A DNA stretch of 64,000 nt from Pecten maximus (lineage: Eukaryota). The notes under the pieces are model-generated. The model was not told the origin of the DNA and ran no database searches. It saw only the letters and a list, made by a program, of their open reading frames with translations. A program made the position numbers and the translations under genes. Shown one piece after another: positions 1 to 12,300 of the stretch. Position 1 is the first letter of the stretch. Each line of letters starts with the position of its first letter. The stretch covers positions 33,294,001 to 33,358,000 of the forward strand of contig NC_047018.1 in NCBI RefSeq assembly GCF_902652985.1, written 5' to 3'.

Positions 1-2
1 AC

Positions 3-104
3 ACCGACATTTCGCCTCGTTACCTGTGCGATGGTCAGCTGTTTGTACTACCCCCGGGATATAGCCGTGTTACCTATTCACACATGGTCATACCTTTGGT
101 CCAG
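3..104 (+). CDS. Probable upstream tetraspanin exon (open to the window edge)
   Basis: The frame is open from position 3 (TDISPRYLCDGQLFVLPPGYSRVTYSHMVIPLVQ) and ends at a strong donor CAG|GTAAGC (104/105). It is phase 0 and compatible with the acceptor TTTTGTTACAG|9132, from which the frame stays open into ATG 9201. Confidence 0.55.
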
Positions 105-2964
105 GTAAGCACCTCGGGCTAATTTGACGTAATAGTTGTCAGAAAGATTTGAGACCGATAACAGACCACAATTCATTACCGTGGTAGGGCTTTATCAGGA
201 GAGAACGTTGCCGTATTAAAAAGGGAAATCTATTGAGGCCGCTTTTGCTATCGATCTTTTCCAATAGCTTTGCTTGTACCCATCTTCACTACGTCCAATC
301 TTTCTATACAAAGAACGAGCGTTGTTCAGCTCAGCCAACCACTGGGAAACAAACGGCAGTATTTACCGGTACAGCAAAAGAGGACACCAACTTAATACGC
401 TTGATCAAAACGAGGAACAAGTTGCATTAGCAGGATATTAAATTCCGAGACTGTCAGCACCGCCGACAGGTACAGCGAACGACTATTGAGAACTTTAGTG
501 GCTGATCAAAATTGTATGACCAAATAAGGAAAAGTGTGATATGTGAAACTTTGTGATTATTAAATATCACGAGCTATGTTTGTGAAGTGGATTACTTATC
601 CCACACATAAGTTTGTGTGTTCGGCCGCGGGATAACTAAGACGTGAGTCGGCTGGCTTTTCCGGAAAAGAACACTACATATTAAAGAAAGGAGTGCGTTT
701 TCAGTAGAATATTGTATGACGACAGCTTATTATTCATTCATCATGACTTGACATTCGTTTTGTTCACCTTTGGCCTTGTCACACGATTGGTTGTGTTCTG
801 ATTTTGAGTGATTTTACCTAAAAATTGATAGAAAAGGTATCGTCATGTTTACTAAATCTGGATTATACAAACTTCCCGGATTGGCGGATGACACGAAAAA
901 AGAGGTATACTATTCTTTTACATCTTCAGTGTATAAATGATAATATGTTTAAGTACATTTTACAAAAAAAATGTAAACACACAATTTCTGTTCGCGTTCC
1001 ATTTATAAGAAAACAATGAATGTTGAGAGATAACACAGACTACAAATTAGTGTGTGGTCTGATCAGTCGTTCCCAGTTTATTATCGGTAGTTTATACATG
1101 TATTATAGAACTGTTGAGATTCATTACTTTGCTTTTGAAACTGGTTACGCTGCCGTTGTTTCCTACCTAACGATTCCAATAGATTTCACAGTTTAATAAC
1201 ATGGACACAGATTTCTTCACCATATGTGATGCTATACTGCTGGTAATTACAGGTATCTAGGTTACACAATATGACAAATACTATATTTCAAAAATGTACA
1301 GTATGTAGATATTAACGCGCGCCGACCATGCTTAAACCAAAACAACAATTTGCAGAAAACTACATTTGGTATACCTTAGATAATGGGTGTAATTTTGCAG
1401 CTATTACATTTCATAACGTTTTGAGTTTTAATGGCAGTTATCGTTATAAATAGATAAAATATTTCTTATTCCAAAACAGGCAATAAGTATTTCTTTGATT
1501 TCCATCACGTATTCCGTAAGCCATTCGGGTAGTATTCATACAAAATCATGTCGGCAATTTTGAATGGGTGAAAAATGTTACAGCTGTTATCAAAGACATG
1601 CATACATTTCTTATTTTACTGCAGACATCATCTGATTAGTAAGAATAACTTATTAAACAACTTAGCAAACAAGTGGATACTATACCATTTCGTGATGTTA
1701 TTTTCCGGTGACAAAATGTCGTCATCAATGCAACTTTTAAATTTTCTCAAAAGGGTTTCGAGTTACAACCTCCCTACTGAAATATTATATGTGCAATTCT
1801 AACCGAACTCCTTATATACAGCTACAGATCATATGTAGGAAACGCTAAAATACCCATTAATAGTGGAGCGTCATATTTTAGGGTACAAGGGCAATTAGGA
1901 ATTCTGGGAAAGTTTTGCGTTTAGTGTTTCTCAGAAAGAAGCAGTGCAACTAATACCAAAGTAAAAACAATCATTTTAGTATGGACACCGCACAAACTGG
2001 ATTACTTCAATTCTTTATTAATTACGCGAATTCTATTCTTTCTTTGTGTGTATTTTTGAGGTAAAAACTTGTGATTTTAACATCCGGTCTATAGAATCTT
2101 CATGAGTTGTCCATTTCACGTTAAGATTGGCTTGGGAATATTGTAGTATTGTTGAAACTATGTAATATAGTCTTAGAAGAATGGCATTTGTTGGTTAAAA
2201 TGTGATGTTAAGGTGAATTTTGAGAAATTTCATAAAATATGTTCTAATTAGTTCTTTCATTTCAGACTTGGTTTTTGAAATGTTATATCGACACAAGTAT
2301 ATGTAGTTATAAAACATGGCGCATTAGGTAGATTTCTACTAGCATTTTGATAGGAGTGCTATCTTAAGACAAAAAATGAATAACAATAATAAAAAAACCG
2401 TCATGTAGATGTATACACTGTGCCCTTCGTGTGAATTTTGTGAATTAATGAATTTATAAAATTTGCAATTTATATGTTCAAATACCCATTTTCATGGTCT
2501 GACGCCCTTAAACTGCTTATCTACACAAATAGAACTTTTATAGATATATGTTTTATCGAGGTTTTATTTATTTTAAAATTAATAATTTATCTTCAAACTA
2601 AAACCCTGTTTAAATAATATGGGTATACATAAATCCTTCTTAGGACACAAAAATGTCTGAGCAAATACTGAAGGACGTTCTGTGCGCTCAGATTGTATAA
2701 AAAATCCTTCATGTACAGGATAGGCAAGTTATAGAAGAACAGCTGTGAGATCTTCAAGTGAAAAAATCGAAATAAAAATAATGGACACTCTCACAATGAA
2801 GTTTAAGGTTCAGTAAGTCAGTAAAACCTATTTTCTTTCGCCATACCTGTCAAATAGATAACCGCTCACGCCGTGGAATGCTCCTCGAGACATTGTGTAT
2901 TGTCGGTCACATTTGTAAGGATTGCTGCCATTTCTTCCTGATCGATGATGATGGTTGTTGCCAC

Positions 2965-5900
2965 TTCCCTGATTTTTATAGATTGTTGTCGGCTCTGATT
3001 TGTGTGGATTGTTGTCACGTCTCTGATTTGTGTGGATTGTTGTCACGTCTCTGATTTGTGTAGATTATTGTGAATTGTCTGATTTGAATGGATTATTGTG
3101 AATTGCCTCATTTATGTGGATTGTTGGGACTCTTTGATTTGTGTGTAACGCTGTCACGCCTCTAATTTGTGTGTATTGCTATCACTTCTCTGATTTGTGT
3201 GGATTGTTGTCACGTCTCTGATTTGTGTGGATTGTTATCACCTCCCTTATTTGCGTGGATTGTTGTCACGTCTCTGATTTGTGTGGATTGTTATCACCTC
3301 CCTTATTTGTGTGGATTGTTGTCACGTCTCTGATTTGTGTGGATTGTTATCACCTCCCTTATTTGTGTGGATTGTTGTCACGTCTCTGATTTGTGTGGAT
3401 TGTTGTCACGTCTCTGATTTGTGTGGATTGTTGTCACGTCTCTGATTTGTGTGGATTGTTATAACGTCTCTGATTTGTGTGGATTGATATAACGTCTCTG
3501 ATTTGTGTGGATTGTTATAACGTCTCTGATTTGTGTGGATTGTTATAACGTCTCTGATTTGTGTGGATTGTTGTCGTCTCTGATTTGTGTAAATTGTTGT
3601 CACGTCTCTGATTTGTGTGGATTGTTATCACCTCCCTTATTTGTGTGGATTATTGTCACGTCTCTGATTTGCGTGGATTGTTGTAAAATCTCTGATTTGT
3701 GTTGATAGTTGTCACGTCTCTGATTTGTGTGGATTGTTGTCACGTCTCTGATTTGTGTTGATTGTTGTCACGTCTCTGATTTGTGTGGATTGTTGTCACG
3801 TCTCTGATTTGTGTGGATTGTTATCACATCTCTGATTTGTGTGGATTGTTGTCACATCTCTGATTTGTGTTGATTGTTGTCACATCTCTGATTTGTGTGG
3901 ATTGTTGTCACGTCTCTGATTTGTGTTGATTGTTGTCACGTCTCTGATTTGTGTGGATTGTTGTCACGTCTCTGATTTGTGTGGATTGTTATCACATCTC
4001 TGATTTGTGTGGATTGTTGTCACGTCCCTGATTTGTGTTGATTGTTGTCACATCTCTGATTTGTGTGGATTGTTGTCACATCTCTGATTTGTGTGGATTG
4101 TTGTCACGTCTCTGATTTGTGTTGATAGGTGTCACGTTTCTGATTTGTATGGATTGTTGTCACGTCTCTGATTTGTGTAGATTGTTGTCACGTCCCTGAT
4201 TTCTGTTGATTGTTATTACGTCTCTGATTTGTGTGGATTGCTATCACATCTCTGATTGGCGTGGATTGTTATAACGTCTCTGATTTGTGTTGATTGTTGT
4301 CACATCTCTGATTTGTGTTGATTGTTGTCATGTTTCTGATTTGTGTGGATTGTTATAACGTCTCTGATTTGTGTGGATTGTTATCACGTCTCTGATTTGT
4401 GTGGATTGTTATCACTTCTCTGATTTGTGTGGATCGTTGTCACGTCTCTGATTTGTGTGGATTGTTGTCACGTCTCTGATTTGTGTGGATTGTTGTCACT
4501 TCTCTGATTTGTGTGGATTGTTGTCACGTCTCTGATTTGTGTGGACTGTGGATTGTTGTCACTTCTCTGATTTTTGTAGATTGTTGTCACGTCTCTGATT
4601 TGTGTGGATTGTTGTCACTTCTCTGATTTGTGTGGATTGTTGTCACGTCTCTGATTTGTGTGGATTGTTATAACGTCTCTGATTTGTGTGGATTGTTGTC
4701 ACGTCTCTGATTTGTGTGGATTGTTGTCACGTCTCTGATTTGTGTGGATTGTTATCACCTCCCTTATTTGTGTGGATTGTTGTCACTTCTCTGATTTTTG
4801 TAGATTGTTGTCACGTCTCTGATTTGTGTTGATTGTTGTCATGTCTCTGATTTGTTTGGATTGTTGTCACGTCTCTGATTTGTGTTGATTGTTGTCACGT
4901 CTCTGATTTGTGTGGATTGTTGTCACGTCTCTGATTTGTGTGGATTGTTGTCACGTCTCTGATTTGTGTGGATTGTTGTTACGTCTATGATTTGAGTGGA
5001 TTGTTGTCACGTCTCTGATTTGTGTGGATTGTTGTCACGTCTCTGATTTGTGTGGATTGTTATAACGTCTCTGATTTGTGTTGATTGTTGTCACGTCTCT
5101 GATTTGTGTGGATTGTTATAACGTCTCTGATTGTGTGGATTGTTGTCATGTCTCTTATTTGTGTGGAATGTTGTCACGTCTCTGATTTGTGTGGACTGTG
5201 GATTGTTGTCACGTCTCTGATTTGTGTGGATTGTTATAACGTCTCTGATTTGTGTGGATTGTTGTCACGTCTCTGATTTGTGTTGATTGTTGTCATGTCT
5301 CTGATTTGTGTGGATTGTTGTCACATCTCTGATTTGTGTGGATTGTTGTCACGTCTCTGATTTGTGTGGATTGTTATAACGTCTCTGATTGTGTGGATTG
5401 TTGTCATGTCTCTTATTTGTGTGGATTGTTATAACGTCTCTGACCTGTGTGGATTGTTGTCACGTCTCTGATTTGTGTGGATTGTTGTTACGTCTCTGAT
5501 TTTGTGGATTGTTGTTACGTCTTTGATTTGTGTGGATTGTTATAACGTCTCTGATTTGTGTGGATTGTTGTCACATCTCTGATTTGTGTGGATTGTTGTT
5601 ACGTCTCTGATTTTTGTGGATTGTTATAACGTCTTTGATTTGTGTGGATTGTTATCACTTCTCTGATTTGTGTGGATTGTTGTCACGTCTCTGATTTGTG
5701 TGGATTGTTGTCACATCTCTGATTTGTGTTGATTGTTGTTACGTCTCTGATTTGTGTGGATTATTATAACGTCTCTGATTTGTGTGGATTGTTATAACGT
5801 CTCTGATTGTGTGGATTGTTGTCATGTCTCTTATTTGTGTGGATTGTTGTCACGTCTCTGATTTGTGTGGACTGTGGATTGTTGTCACGCCTCTGATTTG

Positions 5901-6248
5901 TGTGGATTGTTATAACGTCTCTGATTTGTGTGGATTGTTATCTATTCTCTGATTTGTGTGGGTTGTTGTCACGTCTCTGATGTTTGTGGATTGTTGTCAC
6001 ATCTCTGATTTGTGTTGATTGTTGTCACGTCTCTGATTTGTGTGGATTGTTGTCACGTTTCTGATTTGTGTGGATTGTTGTCACGTTTCTGATTTGTGTG
6101 GATTGTTGTCACGTCTCTGATTTGTGTGGATTGTTGTCACGTCTCTGATTGTGTGGATTGTTGTCACATCTCTGATTTGTGTTGATTGTTGTCACGTCTC
6201 TGATTTGTGTGGATTGTTGTCACGTTTCTGATTTGTGTGGATTGTTAT
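2965..6248. repeat. 28-bp minisatellite, about 115-120 copies
   Basis: Unit TGTCACGTCTCTGATTTGTGTGGATTGT with period 28 (GTCACG at 3014 and 3042). The left edge is degenerate back to about 2895. Confidence 0.98.
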
Positions 6249-9131
6249 TATACACCTAGCTTGTACATTGCTCTCTAAAGTTTACACTTCTACACTGACT
6301 TGTTTTATCATAGAATGACAACCTAATTAAGATGTTCTATATTTATTACGGCTACAATGTATTACTTAATGCCCATACAGAACGAAATCGACACCACTGT
6401 CCTCGTGCGCCGGTGTATAGTAGGGGGTACCATTGATAATGGAACTTGTCAATACGACAATCTGAAGTTACAATTGTTCGCACTTGTGTACTTGACCCAT
6501 ATTGTGTAAAATTTATACACATCAAATACATGAGCCGAATTTCCTGTATTCTCAGACTTCGGTACAAGAGCAGAAATCATAACAAAGTGTAGAGTAATAA
6601 CGATAAGAGACATAGTCATGTTTACCATATATGGTAACAGTAACAATTAGCAAGACAACACCACTGACCACGGCAGAGAAACAACAACACGATAATACGA
6701 GCAATTATGCGACAGCATTATATTGTCAACTGAACAGCACGTCATACACATATAATCATGGGCGTGGAATGGCGTGCTTTGTACAATTACGACAGTTTTC
6801 TCCTCGGGCAATTTTCTCAACAAGATTTTTATCCAAAACTGATCTACACTACAAATATTTGAACAAGTTACTGTTTACTTTTTGTATTATTGCGTTAAAT
6901 GGAGATCCCGGTGAAGACGACTTCCTTTACACCAGCATAGTCTTTTTGTTATTGTTTTTCCTAAACGACCGCATACTAGTAACATGGCGCGGCAATTAGC
7001 GGCCATTATTGGGGTATTATCGTTCGACAGGCGCGTATACGTAATTGCCCTTTGATACTGAAGCGTAACGTTCCAGCATTTGCGAGTCTACATTTGGTCC
7101 TTTTTTGACATAATTACGCGACAATTGTTTCTCGTAAACGTAATGATAATTCTGTCTACGCTCTGCACTGCGGTATGCGATATCTGTAGTACAATATTGC
7201 CTATATAGACCTATTGTCGCACAATTCTTGTGTTCTCGGATCAGTTTCGACGGCTGTTCTCTTTAAACCGTCCGCGTCTTTGTGCCGACAACAATGGACG
7301 ACACTGAGGATACCTACTCGTACGTCTTCAGTGACATCCCGGCAGCATTTCCGGTGTGTTTGATTTGCAATTCCGTTTGTGTGGGCCGCTGTTTTTTGTT
7401 TTATGTCACATGCTTTCTTGAAGACAATTGATGACAAGTTGGTCTTGTAATGCATCTCAATGGCCATTTTGTCTCGACGTCTAACCGTGTGAACATGAAC
7501 TGTACGTGGTCCTGTTCTATCCGAACGCTTTATACATGGAATGTAAATTACAACATATATAAATAGGTATGTTATAAACGCAATTAATAACCTAAATTAA
7601 AGTTATTAAGACTATTTAACGTAGTAAATTGCTGCTTAATCTAAATACACGCTGCTATTTTGTTTGTAAATTTTCATACTGAAAGTATATATCTTTCTTT
7701 AATTGAACGTCGGTCAAGTTTTTTCAAACACTCGGGAATATTAGATTTCTTCTTTTATCAGTTGAATCTTTTTAATCTTTTCAGCTAAACATGTTTTTAG
7801 GGGTCATAAGTATATACCAATGTCATATTGCTGCCGCATTGAATAGTCACCATTTATTATTTGCACGGCAAATTGTACAACTGTAATTGCTGTGAACGTC
7901 TCAACAAGGTTACATACATTAACATTTCAACTAGCGTTATAATTGAACAACATATAATGTACGTATTGTGTGTACACTCAAGCTAATTGTATACGCACAT
8001 GTGTCAAGTATGTTTTTCTTTGAGATCAACATTGAACTGACCTCTCTGGCCAGTCTTGACCATTGTAATCTCCGTTACAACCGTTTAGTATGTCCTTATT
8101 AGCTCGCCCAGGAACTCCTCTCAGGATCTACACTGCTTGACAGGGAGTTGGTAAAGAGTTAGGTGTCAAAACAAAATAAGTAACATTGATATCCATAGGA
8201 TTAAAAGCTGCAAGAATTCGAAAAGGAACATGTGATAGTGTTTGAGAGTGTATAGATTTTCGTCCGGATTCAATAGAAACTATACTACAGAAGGACCTCA
8301 ACATTTTCGAATTCTCGGATTTCAAACGTTTGTGTCTGTTTATGTGATGGGATATAATTCTGTTATGAACAATAACAATATTAGGCAGTAAAGATACGAG
8401 CGGAATTTTGTAAAAGAATGTACAGTGCAAGGTGGTGTAAAATATAGGTAAAACATAGCTTTTATACACAGGTTGCTTATCTCCCTTTGCTGATGCGACC
8501 ACAGGATAAGAACAGCAGGCTTACTAAATGATTATAAGCCCATCATTTTAACGTGGATTTAAGCACCTCTCAAATAACAAGAAATATTTGCATTGATGAT
8601 ATTATTATATCGACATCTATTTTGATAAACTTCGTATACTGCCCGGTAGGAATAAATGGAAATGAAATTTCTATCTTATAAATGCCAAAACGAGGCGACG
8701 TGCTTTTTAGATATATATTATGTTGTAAGGTATACGGTCTACATGTCAGGTATAAAGGGAATACTTTGGGAAGCCTTTCGTGGATATATGTATGTACGTC
8801 ACTTCCTGAAGGACATAAGGAATAAAAAGAGACCTATTCGCTACTGCATTAGGTATTTTAGATATCCTGGTAAATTCAGTTAAGAAAAAATGTTAATTTT
8901 GTCATGTATAAATGTTTCTTTAATGAACGCGAACGTTTTTTCTAACAGTTGGATTACTGTGGAGGTTTGTATCTTCGTAATGACAACAAAATTTGAGTTT
9001 AATATTCAGAGAAAATAAGAGAAGTTGTTTTTGCTGATTGTTTAATTTCGCGATGTAATATTCAGCAAAAAATGTCGCGATAGATAAGTAATTGAGAATA
9101 AGTATGACTAACCGTGTTGCTTTTGTTACAG

Positions 9132-9305
9132 CCGCTGAGTCGAGGCACGTCTAGGAAACATTCAAACAATTACCATAATAATCACAGTCACAGAGGCTAC
9201 ATGGAGCATCAGAGGCACCAGAAGATCCGTCTAAAAAGGGAGCCGACACGGAACTGTGTCTCCTACCTTACCGGAATTCTACACTGCTACAATGTTTTTC
9301 TACTG
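9132..9305 (+). CDS. Tetraspanin exon (N-tail and first half of TM1)
   Basis: Acceptor ttacag|9132, ATG at 9201, MEHQRHQKIRLKREPTRNCVSYLTGILHCYNVFLL, donor GTACGT at 9306. Confidence 0.85.
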
Positions 9306-12300
9306 GTACGTAACAAACACGATTTTCAAATTCCACTAATTACCGGTATCATAGCCATGACCTAGCTACTTACCTAACTACGTGTTATACAAATTAGCCT
9401 TTCACCTCTTTGAAATTGATTGCTGTTTTATTTTTGACCGGCTGCCAACTTAATGATTCTATCTTCTTATCGCGATTACGACCTTCCAGAAACCATTGCC
9501 TGTTTAGTAGTTTCAAAAGACGAGTGTATGAAAGGATGAATTTTTATTTTTTCAAATAGCTTCAACATTCTTTGACCCGTCGTCCATTAAGCTTATTATT
9601 TTTCTACGCATGTTCGTTACACAATGAGTTCGGTCTACTTGTTCGGTATAAACAACGGTTGTCGTAAAACACATTTGAGTTGTAGTAGCAGCAATACTTG
9701 TGGTTCTGGTAAGAACGATTTAGAAATACTACGGCGGTCTTGCCGGAATCCCGGATGTGACGTCACAATTATTCTTACCAACACGTTTTTAACGGTTCTT
9801 TATTGATATTCATGTTTTTGTTTAGGTACTTATGCGATATCTGCATGCTAGCGATGTTATAAAAGTAGCTATATTTAGTATTGATAAAGGAATCACGCAG
9901 TCATTGCCCAAAACGGAAATACGGAATTCACACCGCCTGGTGGTGATTTGCGTTAGTTAAGGGAGATAACCACAATATCTATGAGGAAAACTTTACGATG
10001 GAAATAGCTCCCTAGGCCTACGACATCAATATTCCACGTTCTATGTCTTACTTACAAAATTATCTAATATCCATTATCATAAGAAAAATGTTTATAATAT
10101 AAGATTGAATACAATTTGTCCTTGGGATTGTGTTTTGATGGGAGTGCCGGTAGGTGGAGTGGGTGTTACATTAACTCACATCACGAATACAAAAATTAAA
10201 TACCACAATAGAATGTAATTTAACATATACTTGAGTATATACAGACAGCGCATTGTATATTCCTATGTTTGTTATAATGGGTGCCATTTATTTTTATAAA
10301 CATGATGCATTCTGCCATTCCGTGTAGCAAGATCCGTGATCTAACCCCGTATCTGTTCCTGCGATATACACTGAATATGTAGTTATAACTCTACACGATA
10401 AAGATCTCTGGCGAAATATGAAGAAACATGCATGTAACTGGTAATAAAAGCACATAGAGATGTCGAAGTTACGGCAAAGGTCAGAAATAGGTCATTTGTG
10501 AATTAGAAACATAAATACAGTCACTCTACAGTTACAAATCGCGTGCCTGGTTTTGATCGATTTAGGAGACCCCGTGAGTTAAAGGCACCTATTTAACTCC
10601 AACCGTTATCTACAATGTTTTGTCGCGTATTTCATGATGACGACCATTATCAAAAAGCAATTGTGTTATTATATTTCGCATGAACAACAGAAATATCTCA
10701 AATTATATTCCTTCTATTTTGATTGATTATTCTATCAAAAAGGCGTTTGTCGGCTATGTTTAAAGGTTTTCAATCTCCGGTTAAATACCCACTGCGAATG
10801 TTGGTGGCCAACTCGCGCGATAGGGAATACTGGAGTAGTTTATTAATATACGTGTATGTATTTACATGTCACATAAACTACATGTATGTAAATAATAATA
10901 GGAGTAAAGAGATGCCGTTTCCAGTTCAGATCAGGGCACTCGGTAAGACGGCGTTTATCTCGATATAAGGAGTGTTCTTCGTGTCGAAAACAATCACCTG
11001 TTGAGGACCGTATCGCATGCTCCAAGATTATACACAAGTGGAACTATATACCAAAATAAGCAAAGAAAAAAAGGAAAAATGTAAGCATACAAACCAAGAC
11101 ATTGGGAAAGAAACCCAGAAAAAATAAACGCCTGCAAGGAAAAGTATAATTACAGGGACAGAAAGTATGTGCGAGGAAATGAAATTGGAAGATAAACAAA
11201 TATATGAACTTGATACACTAGAAAAAATAGATTCATGGGAAGAAGATAGTAGCTTGATTAAAATTTGATGAGAAGGCGTTTATAATTAGCGAGGTTATTA
11301 ACAATCTGGAAGGAATTTCATACCATGCAGTGTGTCGCTGTCGAGCTCGGAATAATGGACCGGCATTCTACTCGAGTGTCTTTGAGTTAGCAAGAAATTA
11401 TTTTGAGGAAAAAATCGTTTAATTCATGTACTCGTTATTGGTTGATTTTATAACACAGCTCTAATGGAAGAGTGCGAATCTAAGAGAGTTTTATTAGGTG
11501 TTATTAGCTAAACGCAATTCACCCGGTTGTTTACAACTCTTCATGAAAAGGCCAATGTTCATATTGGTTTCATTCTGATTAAGTTTTTTTGTCGGTTCCG
11601 ATTTTAAAGTTCAGAAACCCCATGTGTTTATGCCATTGTTCGTCCACCAACAAATCTGACTTAAAAGAAGAGGTTTAAGATTTACAAAGATAACAATTAG
11701 AAATTGTCTTCTATCCTTCCAGTCGCAGCACAAGATACTGACATTTTCTGTTCCAATAGATGTGAAAAAGGTCTAAAATAAGTGTCTATTGACTCCTGAC
11801 AAATCTAATATTAAGCTCTCTATCATAAAATAGGCGAATTTCGATTCAAGTGGTGCATTTTTCATTATAGAGACAATCGATTGATGGCATTCATGACGTC
11901 ACAACTGTGTTTTTATGGGGACGTATGGCATTGTGGAACAGGCCAGTTACATGAATGTATATGTGAAAATATGAAAGAAATCTTTCTGATTCTCAACAAA
12001 GACTGAAATTCAATTTAAGCAGAACTGTCATCTTTCTTGTCAAGATTTTGTTTAAAAATTAACAGTTTGATTAATCAACACAAGAGTTGAGAATCTCCTA
12101 CTATATATCGATCACTGTTGTAAGAGAGAGTTCCTTGCGCGCGCTCAGTCGAGTCGGAACTCTCCTTTTTATTATCGTTATCTGAGGTTTTGAGAAGTGA
12201 CTGAACTATTCAAGGTCTTGCTTGCCCATCGATATCTTTACCTAGACAGCATGTGTACGATGCATCGATAGGCGGAGAGGGATTGAAGGAGGGGTTATAT

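Noticed and set aside
2828-3705. Repetitive ORFs in the 28-bp array, and a superficial CRISPR-like periodicity
   Set aside because: The units are head-to-tail with no unique spacers and no cas genes, in a eukaryotic intron. 28 is not a multiple of 3, so the ORFs are by-products.
6352-8502. Cluster of 65-124-aa ORFs as a possible nested gene or decayed transposase
   Set aside because: There are no recognisable motifs, the frames are broken by stops, and no consistent splice chain was found by eye. A tBLASTx/HMM search would be needed to revisit it.
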